Shown one piece after another: positions 9,930 to 20,690 of a stretch of DNA of 64,000 nt. Position numbers and translations under genes: made by a program. The notes beneath the pieces are model-generated. The model did not search any database. It was not told where the DNA came from and saw nothing but the letters and a program-made list of their open reading frames with translations. Location of the stretch: NCBI GenBank assembly GCA_963663165.1, contig OY760175.1, positions 5,664,001 to 5,728,000 of the forward strand, given 5' to 3'. The DNA is from an uncultured Desulfospira sp. (GTDB taxonomy: Bacteria; Desulfobacterota; Desulfobacteria; Desulfobacterales; Desulfobacteraceae). How positions within the stretch are numbered: position 1 is the stretch's first letter; the number at the start of each line of letters is the position of its first letter.

Positions 9930-12665
9930 TTACCGTTTCATGGAGATGGTGGTGTCCATCATTTCATCCACGGTGCTGATGATTTTGGCATTGGCCTCGT
10001 AAGCGTTCTGAAGCTCGATCATGCTGACAAATTCCTCTGAAATATCCACGTTGGACATTTCAAGACTGTAAGAGGACAGGGTGCCAAGGCCGTTTGCCCC
10101 GGCCTGGTTGGTAATGGCCGCGCCGCTTTCCGTACTGGCGGAGTAAAGGTTTCCCCCCTCGCTGACCAGCCCGTTGGGGTTGTTGAAGTCGGCCAGGGCC
10201 ACCATGAACAGTGCAATTTCCTGGCCATTGGAGTAAGAACCGGTCACCACCCCGTCCGAGGAGACCTCAACGCCGGTCAGGTCCCCGGGGGGGTAACCGT
10301 CGGCATCCTGGTAGGTGGTGGAGGAGGAACTGGCATACTGGGTGGTGGACAAAGAATCGTTGACCCAGTTGTTGCCGTCGTACTGGCTGCCGATATTAAA
10401 AGAGATGCTGTTTTCCGTAGACCCGTATGATCCCCCCAGGAAATCCACGGTAAACTGGAGGTATCCGGTTTCTTCGACCTCATCCATGGTGACTTCCCGC
10501 CAGGCCGTGGAGCCTGAGATATCAAAGCGGATCACGCTCCGATCTTCTAATGCATCGGCGTCTGTGCCGGCTTTTAAAGCGTCGCTGAATGTAAAAACAA
10601 TGTCATCGTCATCATCCCCCCCGGACCCGTCCAGATCGATGATGGCCTTGGTTTCATCACCGGTGAGGACCGCATCGCTGTATTCTGACGGCGCCGTGTC
10701 CGGATCAACGGTAAAGGTTAGGGTATCCCCGTTGGCCAGGGTGCCGGTGACCCCGGTGTAGGTCAGGTCATCGCCGTCTTCCCCGTCAAAGTCGATGGAA
10801 AATCCGCTGGCACTGGTGGTGATGGTGGCATTGCCATATTCATCCGGCGGGGTGGGATCGATTTCAAAGGAAATGGTTTCGGTCCCGGCGCTGCCCAAAG
10901 CGGAGTCCAGACTGTACTCGATAATGGCTGCCCCGGCGGTGGTACCGTCGGTATAAAGGGCCACCCGGACCGAGGTGGCATCACTCCCGGAGGTGATAAT
11001 CATGGCATACATGGTGGCCGTGCCGATGGCGGTCCAGGTCGAGGTGGTGCCGTCCCATGTCAGGGTAATGGCGCCCCCGGAATCAATGGCCCCTTCCTCA
11101 CCGGAATCGATGAGATCCATGCGGGCTTCGTTGCTGGAGTCAAGCAGTGTGACGGCCTCATTGGCGATATCATCTTCTGTCAGCTCTTCGTTCCAGTCCC
11201 ATTCCCCGGTGGTGGCGTTGTATCTTAAGTTGAGGCCTTCCACGGTCATTTCCATGGCAGAGGCATCGGTAATGCTCATATACGTGTCCGTATCAGTGCT
11301 GGTGGCGGTGCTGCTGGCGATCACACTGGTGATCAGGGTGCCGTCTTCAGCGGCCTGATCAGGGTTGCTCCACTGCCAGGTCTGGGTATACGGATTCCAG
11401 ATAATGCAGCAGTCTTCGGCATCCACGGTCAGGACACTGGCATCGTTGATGGACATGGTGGTGTTGTTGGCCACATCCCCGGTATAGATAACGTTTTCAA
11501 GATCCTGGACATGGAGATCCGAGGTGTCGTTGATGTCAAAGCTGATGGTGTCCCCGGCCACCGCATACTCATCCAGCTCAATGATCAGATCGGCCTCGGT
11601 TTCCCCGCCGCTGCTGTTCGGATCAAGGACAATCTCAATGGTCTGGGAATCAGAGTAGATAATCTCGGCGTTGGCATAATTATCCGGCAGAGAACTGGTG
11701 TCCAGCACCCACTTGCTGCCGTCAAAGGTCATGGCAATGCCGTATCCGTCCAGTTCCATGGCTTCTGAATCCTCAATGGAGAAGTGGATGTCATCTGTGG
11801 AGTTGTTGCCAACCGCTTCCAGGTTCCCCACCCGGCCGGTGAGTTCTTCCATGGTCATGCTCACGATTTCCCCGGAGCTCTCTGAAAAGGTGATGGTCCC
11901 TCTGGCCAGAAGCCCCTGGGCACTGGTTCCCTCAAGCAGTTCCCGGCTGTCCTCTTCGGCGGTGGTGGCAATGGCGTATTCCCATTCGGTATCCGAAACT
12001 TTGTCATAGTAAATGGTCACCTCATGGGCAGAGCCCAGAGAGTCGTATACCGTGACCACGGTCTGGTACTCATAGGCGTCTGAAGATACTGTTGTGTCTT
12101 CTCCTTCTTCATATTTGTATACGTTGGACAGGACATTGGTGTTTGAGTCTGAATCCGATTCCAGGTTGGTGATCACCGTCATCTCGCTGGTCTCTTCCGG
12201 GGAACTGGTAAACTCGGTGAGGATCAGGTCGGTAATGGCCCCGACGGCATCCCCTTCGTCATCCACATACCAGCCCTGAAGAATATACCCGTCCGAAGTA
12301 CTCAAGGCCCCGCTTTCGTCAAAGGAAAAATTACCGGCCCGGGTATAAAAGGTTTTGTCTGATCCCAGCTCGGATACAATGAAAAACCCGTCACCGCTGA
12401 TGGCAAGGTCTGTGGAGTTGCTGGTGGTTTCAAGGGACCCGTCGCTGAAATTCTGGGACACGTTGCCCACGGACATGCCAAGGCCCACCTGGGCCGCACC
12501 GGCCTGGGTGCCGATGCTTTGGTACAGGGTGTCCGCAAAGGTGGTGTCCCCTTTTTTAAACCCCACAGTGTTTACATTGGAAATGTTGTTACTGGTGACC
12601 TGAAGGGCGCTGCTGGTGTTGGTCAGGCCGCTGGTTCCCGAATAAAGTGAACTGGATAAAGACAT
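9930..12665 (-). CDS. flgE: flagellar hook protein, enlarged
   Basis: NNISNVNTVGFK, DLAISGDGFF, YTRAGNF, YDSLGSAH, LEMSNVDISEEFVSMI...AYEANAKII. Confidence 0.92.
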   Translation of the reverse strand: MSLSSSLYSGTSGLTNTSSALQVTSNNISNVNTVGFKKGDTTFADTLYQSIGTQAGAAQVGLGMSVGNVSQNFSDGSLETTSNSTDLAISGDGFFIVSELGSDKTFYTRAGNFSFDESGALSTSDGYILQGWYVDDEGDAVGAITDLILTEFTSSPEETSEMTVITNLESDSDSNTNVLSNVYKYEEGEDTTVSSDAYEYQTVVTVYDSLGSAHEVTIYYDKVSDTEWEYAIATTAEEDSRELLEGTSAQGLLARGTITFSESSGEIVSMTMEELTGRVGNLEAVGNNSTDDIHFSIEDSEAMELDGYGIAMTFDGSKWVLDTSSLPDNYANAEIIYSDSQTIEIVLDPNSSGGETEADLIIELDEYAVAGDTISFDINDTSDLHVQDLENVIYTGDVANNTTMSINDASVLTVDAEDCCIIWNPYTQTWQWSNPDQAAEDGTLITSVIASSTATSTDTDTYMSITDASAMEMTVEGLNLRYNATTGEWDWNEELTEDDIANEAVTLLDSSNEARMDLIDSGEEGAIDSGGAITLTWDGTTSTWTAIGTATMYAMIITSGSDATSVRVALYTDGTTAGAAIIEYSLDSALGSAGTETISFEIDPTPPDEYGNATITTSASGFSIDFDGEDGDDLTYTGVTGTLANGDTLTFTVDPDTAPSEYSDAVLTGDETKAIIDLDGSGGDDDDDIVFTFSDALKAGTDADALEDRSVIRFDISGSTAWREVTMDEVEETGYLQFTVDFLGGSYGSTENSISFNIGSQYDGNNWVNDSLSTTQYASSSSTTYQDADGYPPGDLTGVEVSSDGVVTGSYSNGQEIALFMVALADFNNPNGLVSEGGNLYSASTESGAAITNQAGANGLGTLSSYSLEMSNVDISEEFVSMIELQNAYEANAKIISTVDEMMDTTISMKR

Positions 12666-12746
12666 GGAAACTCCTTTTTTAGCTTTTAGCTTTTAGCTAT
12701 TAGCCGTTAGCCTTTCAGCTGTCAGCTAACAGCTAATAGCTAAGGG

Positions 12747-13871
12747 CTATTTACTGATTGACGTTACATTGGACACGGACACTAAACGGCCATTGTCAAG
12801 TTCAAGGTACTGGGTTCCGCTGACCGACTGGATGGCCACCACTTCGCCGGACGTCGGGGTGGTGGCTGAATCCCCGCTGGCCGTTTCCACGGTGTAGTAG
12901 TACAGCCCATCGTCGGCTGCGTAGCCGGTATCGGCCAGGGCATCCCAATGGACGGAATTGTCACCGGCCGAGGTGTCATCGGCATCCACTTCAATGGTGG
13001 CCACCGCTTCATCATTGGCATCATAAATGGTGATGGTGACCGCTTCGGGAGCGTCCAGATAAAAGGTTAAATCGTCACCGCTGACCGTTGAGTCTTCCAC
13101 CCGGACAATGGGATAATAGGTGGACACCGTGGTTCCCAGGTATTCCAGGACAGAGACGGATGAACTGTCGGAAGATGTTTCAGTGGCGTCGGTGACCGTG
13201 GTGACTGATGAAGGGTCCAGCAGCAGGCCGCCGACCACCAGATATGCTTTGCCGTTCAGGTAGGAGACGGCATCCACGGTGCCGGTAATGGTGGAGGTGA
13301 TTTCTTCATACCCGGACCCGGAATTGGCCATGACCACGTAAGTATAAGTGGCGTCATCCACGGCACCCCCGCTGGAATCGGTGCCGTCCCAGGAAATCAG
13401 ATAAGAGCCGGCATCCACCTGCCCCTCATCCAGGGTGGTGACCAGGCTCCCGTCCTCGTCATACACCAGGACATAGACATCGGCGGCCTCATCCAGGTCA
13501 TAATACCCTGAGGACACGCTGCCGTCCTCAACGGTCATGGTGTCAACGGTGCCCGTAACCTGCATGCCCACAAAAACCGAGGCGTCCACTTCCTCTTCGA
13601 AATCGGTCACGGCTTCCAGGGTTTCATCCATTTTGTCGTTTAAGTTGATCAGCTGTTCCAGCTGGGAAAACTGGGCCAGCTGGTCTGTGAACTGGGAGGT
13701 ATCCGCTGGATCAAGGGGGTTCTGGTTTTCAAGCTGGGCCACCAGGAGGGTTAAAAAATCTTCTGTCCCCAGGTCACTGCTTGAGGTGCTCTCTGTTTCC
13801 GTATCTTCTGAAGAGACATAGCTGGAAACCAGAGACTGCAGTATGGTGCTGTCCACAGATGAGGTTGACAT
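12747..13871 (-). CDS. flgD: flagellar hook capping protein with duplicated C-terminal region
   Basis: FLTLLVAQLENQNPLDP...QLAQFSQLEQL; Ig-like module WDGTD..G..V.D..Y.Y occurs twice. Confidence 0.9.
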   Translation of the reverse strand: MSTSSVDSTILQSLVSSYVSSEDTETESTSSSDLGTEDFLTLLVAQLENQNPLDPADTSQFTDQLAQFSQLEQLINLNDKMDETLEAVTDFEEEVDASVFVGMQVTGTVDTMTVEDGSVSSGYYDLDEAADVYVLVYDEDGSLVTTLDEGQVDAGSYLISWDGTDSSGGAVDDATYTYVVMANSGSGYEEITSTITGTVDAVSYLNGKAYLVVGGLLLDPSSVTTVTDATETSSDSSSVSVLEYLGTTVSTYYPIVRVEDSTVSGDDLTFYLDAPEAVTITIYDANDEAVATIEVDADDTSAGDNSVHWDALADTGYAADDGLYYYTVETASGDSATTPTSGEVVAIQSVSGTQYLELDNGRLVSVSNVTSISK

Positions 13872-13939
13872 GCTTTCTCCTTTGCGTGTCAGGTTCTTGT
13901 TGTTCGGCTCTGCAGAGCCTTTTTGCTGAACAGATAAAT

Positions 13940-13956
13940 ATCAAGAAAAGTACCGG
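13940..13956 (-). promoter_or_regulatory. possible sigma54-type promoter for the flgD operon
   Basis: minus strand CCGGTACTTTTCTTGAT = GG-N10-GA, close to TGGCAC-N5-TTGC but with a non-canonical -12. Confidence 0.3.
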
Positions 13957-14544
13957 AAAAGACGAACCCCGGGGCCGGCCGGTCCCCGGGGACTTTCTGT
14001 ATCACTTGATTGATTTCGTTTTGTGGGGGGGATCCGGAACCGGTATGTTTGCCGGAATGTTTTGAGAATTAACCCTCTTTGCCTGCCTTGAATAAATAAG
14101 TGTCACAGGATCAATCCTTTGATATTTATTTTTATAAATATTTCTAACTAATTGAGAATAAAGAAGTATTGAATGTTTTTGAGCCGGAAAAAATTGCCTA
14201 TTCATGAAATGGGGGCACCTGCCCGGAAATCAGGGATCAAGAAATATATTTTTAAACAAAAGTCTCACGAGCTTAATTTTTTCAAAACAGCTGCCATTTG
14301 CCGGAAATTCATATCAGGTTAAAAACCAATCAGCTGATACACCTCCTGCCGGTCCTTCCCGGGCCGTTAAAGGGTCACTGATAAACCAACGATACCAGTC
14401 TTAAAAACCGCCCGGCAGAAATTGCCCGGCCCTGGCTCAAGGGAACTTGCCGCTAAGGGCCAGGCCATCCGGGAACGGCAGATATAAAAGCAGAACTTCC
14501 TGAGTTTAAAGGAAGTTTAAAATAAACCTTACGGAGGCAGGACA

Positions 14545-16596
14545 ATGGCAACAGGAACAATCACCTCACTGGGAATCGGGTCAGACCTTGACCTTCAGGG
14601 CATGCTGGACACCCTGCAGGAAGCGGATGAGGCTATTGCCGATCTGACACTGGACGATATAGAAGAGCAGGAAGCCATTGAAGATGAGCTGAACTCCGTA
14701 CTCAACCAGCTGCTATCCATGAAGACCACGGTGCTGGACCTGTCCCTTTCTTCAACTTATCTGACCCGTTCCGTGACGTCATCAGATGAAGATGTGGCAA
14801 CGGTCACGGTTCAGGACGGCACAGACACCGGGTCCCACCGGGTTGAAACCACACGGATTGCCTCCAACAGCTCCTATATCTCAAGCGGATATGCATCTGA
14901 ATCTTCTGTCGTCAATGTCCCCACCACCAAGGAATCCACGGACGGATACGAATCATCGGATATTGTCCTGGCCGAGGGTGAAACCCTGGAAATCAGCTAT
15001 GGGGACGAGGATGACCCCATCACCATTACCATCACCGCCGGCGAGGGCGGGTATACGGCCGAGGCCCTGGCGGAGGCCATCAATAATGCTGCCGAAAATC
15101 AGGATGGCGACGGTGAGGCCCTGGTCGTGGCGGAGACTTACATCGATGAGGAGGACGGTCTTAGCCATATCCGGATTGAGGCGGCCTCAGATGAGGGCGG
15201 CGAAGAAAACCGGGTTTCCGTATCCAGCTATAGCTCAGACTTAAACTTTACAACGCCCACATCAGAACTTTCCCTTACCGTTGGGGACGGCGAGACCTAT
15301 ACCATTTCCGTTCCGGCTGAAACCACGTTAGAGGACCTGGCCGAACGGATCAACGAAGATGAGGACAATCCCGGGGTCACGGCCACGGTGATCTATACTG
15401 GTGTGGGCGACAACCCTTACCAGCTGGTCATTGAGGCCAATGACAGCGGAGAGGATTCCCGGATTTCCATTGTCAGCTCCCCTGAAGGGCTCATCCTGTC
15501 GGAAAAAAGCGGGGAAGGGTATGCCATGACCGCTGAGACGGCCATCTCCTTTGAGACGGCCGTTACCGTGGATGACACCAATAACACCATTGTGTTCTCT
15601 GAAAATGGCGGGGATGAACTGACCGCAACCATCGCCAAAGGGGAGTATGAAACCGCCGAGGAACTGGCCGAAGCGGTTGAGGCGGCCCTGGAAAATGAAT
15701 CCCAGCTCAACGGCGAAGGCGTGGACTACCAGGTGACGATCAATGAAGACACCGGCGTCATGACCATTTCCGAAGCCGGTACCTTAGAGGAAATGACCAT
15801 CTTTTGGGAAGATGAGGACAGCACGGCATCCAGCCTTCTCGGGTTTTCATCCACCCAGACCATCACCCCCTTTGAGTCTTCTCTGAATGCGGAAATCATC
15901 GTAGACGGGGTCACCTATCAGCGCCAGGAAAATGAGACGTTAAGTGATATTATTGACGGGGTGAGCTTAACCCTTTACGGTACGGGAAGCACCACCATTA
16001 CCGTTGAAAATGACACCGACAGCATTGAAGAGGAACTGGCAAGCCTGGTGGAGATGTACAACACCCTTCTCACCGAAATTGAGGAGAACGATGATTATGA
16101 CGAAGACGAGGAAACCTGGGGAACCCTGGCCCGCAGTTCCACTGCCCGGAATTTGAAACAGGACCTCCAGGACCTGTTCAGCACCGTCATTGATACCGGC
16201 GGCAGCATCACCAGCCTTCTGGACATCGGGTTTGAATTTGACGATGACGGCACCCTTTCCCTTGATGAAGACACCTTAAGCGAGGTCCTGGCCGAAAGCT
16301 ATGATGACGTGGTGGACCTGCTCTTAGGGACCGACGACGTCACCGGCATTGCCGACACCCTTAACGATACCATTGGCAGTTATGCCCTGTCCGACGGCTA
16401 TATCCAGACGGAGATTGATGCGGTTGAAGAAAAAATAGACCGCCTGGAAGAAAACTATGAAACCGAAATGGAGCGCATCGAAAAGAAATACGAAATCCTG
16501 GCCGACCAGTACAGCGAGCTGGACACCTATCTGGCCGAGATTGAGTCCATCCAGAGCTATATTGATACCATGATGTCCACGGATTCGGATGATTAA
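14545..16596 (+). CDS. fliD: flagellar filament cap protein
   Basis: ITSLGIGSDLD N-terminus; NAEIIVDGVTYQRQENETLSDIIDGVSLTL; C-terminal coiled coil. Confidence 0.88.
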   Translation: MATGTITSLGIGSDLDLQGMLDTLQEADEAIADLTLDDIEEQEAIEDELNSVLNQLLSMKTTVLDLSLSSTYLTRSVTSSDEDVATVTVQDGTDTGSHRVETTRIASNSSYISSGYASESSVVNVPTTKESTDGYESSDIVLAEGETLEISYGDEDDPITITITAGEGGYTAEALAEAINNAAENQDGDGEALVVAETYIDEEDGLSHIRIEAASDEGGEENRVSVSSYSSDLNFTTPTSELSLTVGDGETYTISVPAETTLEDLAERINEDEDNPGVTATVIYTGVGDNPYQLVIEANDSGEDSRISIVSSPEGLILSEKSGEGYAMTAETAISFETAVTVDDTNNTIVFSENGGDELTATIAKGEYETAEELAEAVEAALENESQLNGEGVDYQVTINEDTGVMTISEAGTLEEMTIFWEDEDSTASSLLGFSSTQTITPFESSLNAEIIVDGVTYQRQENETLSDIIDGVSLTLYGTGSTTITVENDTDSIEEELASLVEMYNTLLTEIEENDDYDEDEETWGTLARSSTARNLKQDLQDLFSTVIDTGGSITSLLDIGFEFDDDGTLSLDEDTLSEVLAESYDDVVDLLLGTDDVTGIADTLNDTIGSYALSDGYIQTEIDAVEEKIDRLEENYETEMERIEKKYEILADQYSELDTYLAEIESIQSYIDTMMSTDSDD

Positions 16597-16752
16597 TTTA
16601 GGGGATTAGGCTGAAGGCTGAAGGGGGTTAGGGTTGCGAATCCCTAAGGATGATGCATCCCTTCAGCCTAAACCCCTCAATTCAATTGGAGACTATCCTT
16701 TCCTCTCAAGGCAGGGTGCCCCTTCCGTGGTGTTTCCCTAAAAAATATCCCG

Positions 16753-16781
16753 TTGACATGTTATGCCATTCATTTTAAATT
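16753..16781 (+). promoter_or_regulatory. candidate sigma70 promoter
   Basis: TTGACA-N17-TAAATT upstream of the hybrid kinase. Confidence 0.45.
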
Positions 16782-17069
16782 ATCACTATTAACTTGATTT
16801 TGGCCGGTGGCAACCGTTGCTGCTACCCATTGTTCCGGACGGATTGAACGCTGTACCCGGTATTACCTGCTATACCATTGAAAAATATGTTTTGTGTTTT
16901 CCCCCGGAAGGGTTGGCTGTGGCCGTTGGGTGCCGGCGGGGGGATTCGCCGGTATCAAAGGGCGAAGCCTTAACGCTTCAGGCATTGGCTTCCGGGGGGC
17001 ATTTAACCGCCGGCAGCGGTCATATATATTTTTTACTGCCGGGCCGCTGGGCTCCGGCGGGAAACGAAA

Positions 17070-19686
17070 TATGAAGCATTGTTTAGAAAAGCCGACGACA
17101 AACCGTATGTCTTCTGAACCGGCCTGCCGGTGGGCGGACGATGAACTGTCCGCCATCACGGAAAACAGCGACATCGCCCTCATTTTACTGGCGGATGACC
17201 GGAAAATGCTCAAAGTGAACCAGCGGTGCGCCGATCTTTTCGGATATGGCCGGCCGGACAAGATGGAAGGCCTGTCCTCCCGGGCGATTCACCTGTCGGA
17301 TAAAACCTTTAAAACCTTTGGCAAAGAATATTACAATTCCATTAAGGCCGGCGAACAGTTTCTGGTGGAATATCCCTTCCGGCGCAGGGACGGAACTGAG
17401 TTCTGGGGGCTCATGTCCGGCAAGGCCCTGGATACGGCACGGCCCCCGGATCTGACGAAAGGCGTTCTCTGGGCCGTGGATGAAATATCGGCCCAAAAAG
17501 CCATTGCCCGCCAGAAGGCCCAGGAGGTGGACCGGACCAAAAGTGATTTTCTGGCCTATATGAGCCATGAAATTCGGACCCCGCTAAATGCCATTATCGG
17601 CATGACCTATCTGTTAAGCCAGCAGCATCTTGCCGCTGAACAGGCCGATTATGTAATGCGGATTGAAAAATCGTCAAAGGCTTTGCTCGGGCTGATCAAC
17701 GATATCCATGATTTTTCAAAAATTGAGGCCGGCAAGCTGGAAATCGAAAATTATGATTTTGATCTCCACTCGGTGATTGAAAATGTGTCCATCCTCATAG
17801 AACTCAAGGCGTTGGAAAAGCATATCGGGTTTATCGTGTCCTATTCCCCCGGGATTAATGTGAACCGGCACGGCGACCCCTTGAGAATCGGTCAGATCCT
17901 GACCAACCTGGCCACCAATGCCGTTAAATTTACGGAAAAAGGCGAGATCGGTATTCATGTCCAGCAGGTGAAAAACGGCATGGTCCGGTTTGAGGTGCGG
18001 GATACAGGGATCGGCATGAGCCGGGACCAGCAGGCCAGAATATTTAAGTCCTTTTCCCAGGCCGATGCCAGCACCACCCGAAAGTACGGGGGAACCGGGC
18101 TTGGGCTCACCATTTCCAGGCAGCTGGTGAATTTAATGCAGGGCCGCATCTGGGTGGAGAGCAAGGAAGGGCAGGGCAGTTCCTTTATTTTTGAGATCCC
18201 GCTGGAAGAACGCCAGGCCCCTGAAATCCGGGAACCCTCATTTGCCGGAAAGCGGGCCCTTATTGTGGATGACACCCCTTCCTGGCTGGAGGTCCTTCAA
18301 AACATGCTGGTCCATTACGGCATTGAAACCCATACCGCCCTGTCCGGAGAAGAGGCCCTGGCCCTTATCTGTGAACAGGATCAGCCCTTTGACCTGGTGT
18401 TTATGGACTGGCACATGCCCGGGCAGGACGGGATTGAAACCACCCGGCAGATAAAAGAACGGTTGGGGACTTTGCCGCCCACCATTGTCATGGTGTCGGC
18501 GTATAAAAAAGAGAGTGTGCAAAAGGCGGCAAGACAGACCGGAATCAACATTTTTTTAAATAAGCCCATTAATCCGTCTACTTTTCACAACGTTCTCCTG
18601 GGGGCTTTCGGGAACAAGGGGGAACTGGGCAGAGGCACTGAAATCAGGCCCGACAGGGCCTCATTGAAAAGCCGGCTGGTGTCCTTAAAAGGCAGTATCA
18701 TCCTTTTGGTAGAGGACAATGCCCTAAACCGGGAGATCATCCACGGCATGCTCGCCAACAGCGGCATTGTTATTGATGATGCCCACGACGGCCGGCTGGC
18801 CGTTGAAAAGTTCAAGGCCGCTCCTGAACGGTATGAGTTGATTTTAATGGATATCCAGATGCCGGTCATGGACGGGTATGAGGCCTGCCGCCAGATCCGG
18901 GAAATTAACACGGATATTCCCATTGTCGCCCTGACGGCCCATGCCCTGATGCGGGATATCCAGCGCACCCGGGAAGCCGGCATGAACGAGCATATCAACA
19001 AACCCATTGAGGTGGAAAAGCTGTTTGCCGCCCTGCTCAAATATATTTCCCAGAAGTGTGACATTGTTCAAAGCGAGGAGACCCCGGAGGAAAAGGCGCT
19101 TTCCGGGGTTCTGTCCGGGCTGACCTGTATTGATGTGGATTCCGGGCTGTCCCGTCTCATGGGCAACCGCCGGTTGTACGTCAAGCTGCTCAGAAATTTT
19201 GCCGTTGAATACAACGGGGTCCAGGAGACCCTGTCCCAGCTTATGGAAGATGACCCCACCAGCGGCGCCCGGATGGTTCACACCATTAAGGGCCTGTCTG
19301 CGGCCATTGGGGCCGAAGCCCTGCATAAGGCCTCGGTTAAACTGGACCAGACCCATGATTCTGAACTGATCCCTGAATTCTGCCTGGAACTTGACAGGGT
19401 GATTACACAGATCAAGACCCTGCCGGAAGCAGAAGATCTCGAGGACAAAGATTCAGGCACTGATAAAAAGGCGCTGGGCACTGAACAGCGAAACGATATT
19501 TTCAAGCGCCTGGTGGAAGGGCTTCAGCGCCGCCGGCCCCAAATGATCAAACCGGTTCTGGCAGAATTAAAAGAATATGCCCTTTCTAAGGAGGATGCCG
19601 GGCTTTTAAAAGACATTGAAGCTTTAGTTTATAGATACAAATTCAAGGACGCGGTAAAGGTTTTGGAAGCGGCTGCCCATGAATGA
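17070..19686 (+). CDS. hybrid histidine kinase PAS-HisKA-HATPase-REC-REC-Hpt
   Basis: MSHEIRTPLN H-box, NAVKFT, DTGIG, GGTGLGL, two receivers (FMDWHMP, LMDIQMP), Hpt HTIKG; start uncertain (ORF open from 16894). Confidence 0.9.
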
Positions 19687-20569
19687 ATCCGGCAAAAAAA
19701 CCATTTTGATGGCAGATGACACCCCGGACAGCCTGGATGTCCTGTCCCGTCTGTTTAAGGGACATGACATCATTGGGGCGGGTTCAAGAACAGACTGCCT
19801 GAATGTTTTAAAAGAAAAAACGGTGGACCTGATGCTGCTGGACATGTGCATGTCCGGCATGGACAGTTGCGGGGTCTGCCGGGAAATAAAAGCCAGCCCT
19901 GTGGTCCGGGATATTCCTGTGATGTTTATCATTGACCGTTTTGAAGGGGGGCTCATTGAGAAAGCCTTTGATGCCGGCGGGGCGGATTATGTGGTCAAGC
20001 CCTTTACCCCCAAAGAGCTTTTATCCCGTATCCATGGGCAGATCAGGCTCAGGGAGATCAACCAGGAATTAAAGTTTGTCACCACCCGGGACAGCCTTAC
20101 CGGGATTTACAACAGAAAAAAATTCTTTGAGCTGGGCGAAAAAATGCTTGCCCATTCAACTGAAGGGCTTTACGCATTTATTATCGACATTGATCATTTC
20201 AAGCGGATCAATGATGAATACGGCCACCAGACAGGAGACCATGTTCTCAAAAAAATTACCCTGGCCATAAGCGAGATCCTGCCCGATGATGCCCTGTTCG
20301 GCCGGATGGGGGGAGAAGAATTCGCCATTCTGTTCAGGGCCGGCACCAAGGACCAGGCGGTAAAGATCGCCGACCAGATCCATCAGGCCGTTGCGGTCAG
20401 TCGGATTGCCGCGGGCAGCAGCCAGATCATCTCCTGCTCCATCTCCGGGGGCATCTCATGCAGCATGGCCGAAACCCCCACGTTAGACAGCCTGCTTAAA
20501 AAAGCGGGCCAGGCCCTCTACCGGGCCAAGGACACGGGCCGGAACCAGAGTATCTTCAGAAATTCCTGA
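19679..20569 (+). CDS. response regulator/diguanylate cyclase (REC-GGDEF)
   Basis: DSLTGIYNR, DIDHFKRINDEYGHQTGD, GRMGGEEF; overlaps the kinase stop. Confidence 0.9.
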   Translation: MNESGKKTILMADDTPDSLDVLSRLFKGHDIIGAGSRTDCLNVLKEKTVDLMLLDMCMSGMDSCGVCREIKASPVVRDIPVMFIIDRFEGGLIEKAFDAGGADYVVKPFTPKELLSRIHGQIRLREINQELKFVTTRDSLTGIYNRKKFFELGEKMLAHSTEGLYAFIIDIDHFKRINDEYGHQTGDHVLKKITLAISEILPDDALFGRMGGEEFAILFRAGTKDQAVKIADQIHQAVAVSRIAAGSSQIISCSISGGISCSMAETPTLDSLLKKAGQALYRAKDTGRNQSIFRNS

Positions 20570-20690
20570 GCATTGCCTTTTCTGGGGATGAGCTCTTCTT
20601 TCATGAGAGTTTTCCTTAAAGACGTTAAAGACCTTAAGGTCGTTAAGGACGCTAATGACATTAAGGTCTTTAAGGTTTATCTGCCCGGCT

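Noticed and set aside
14340..14490. sigma28 promoter for fliD
   Set aside because: No TAAA-N15-GCCGATAA match with acceptable spacing.
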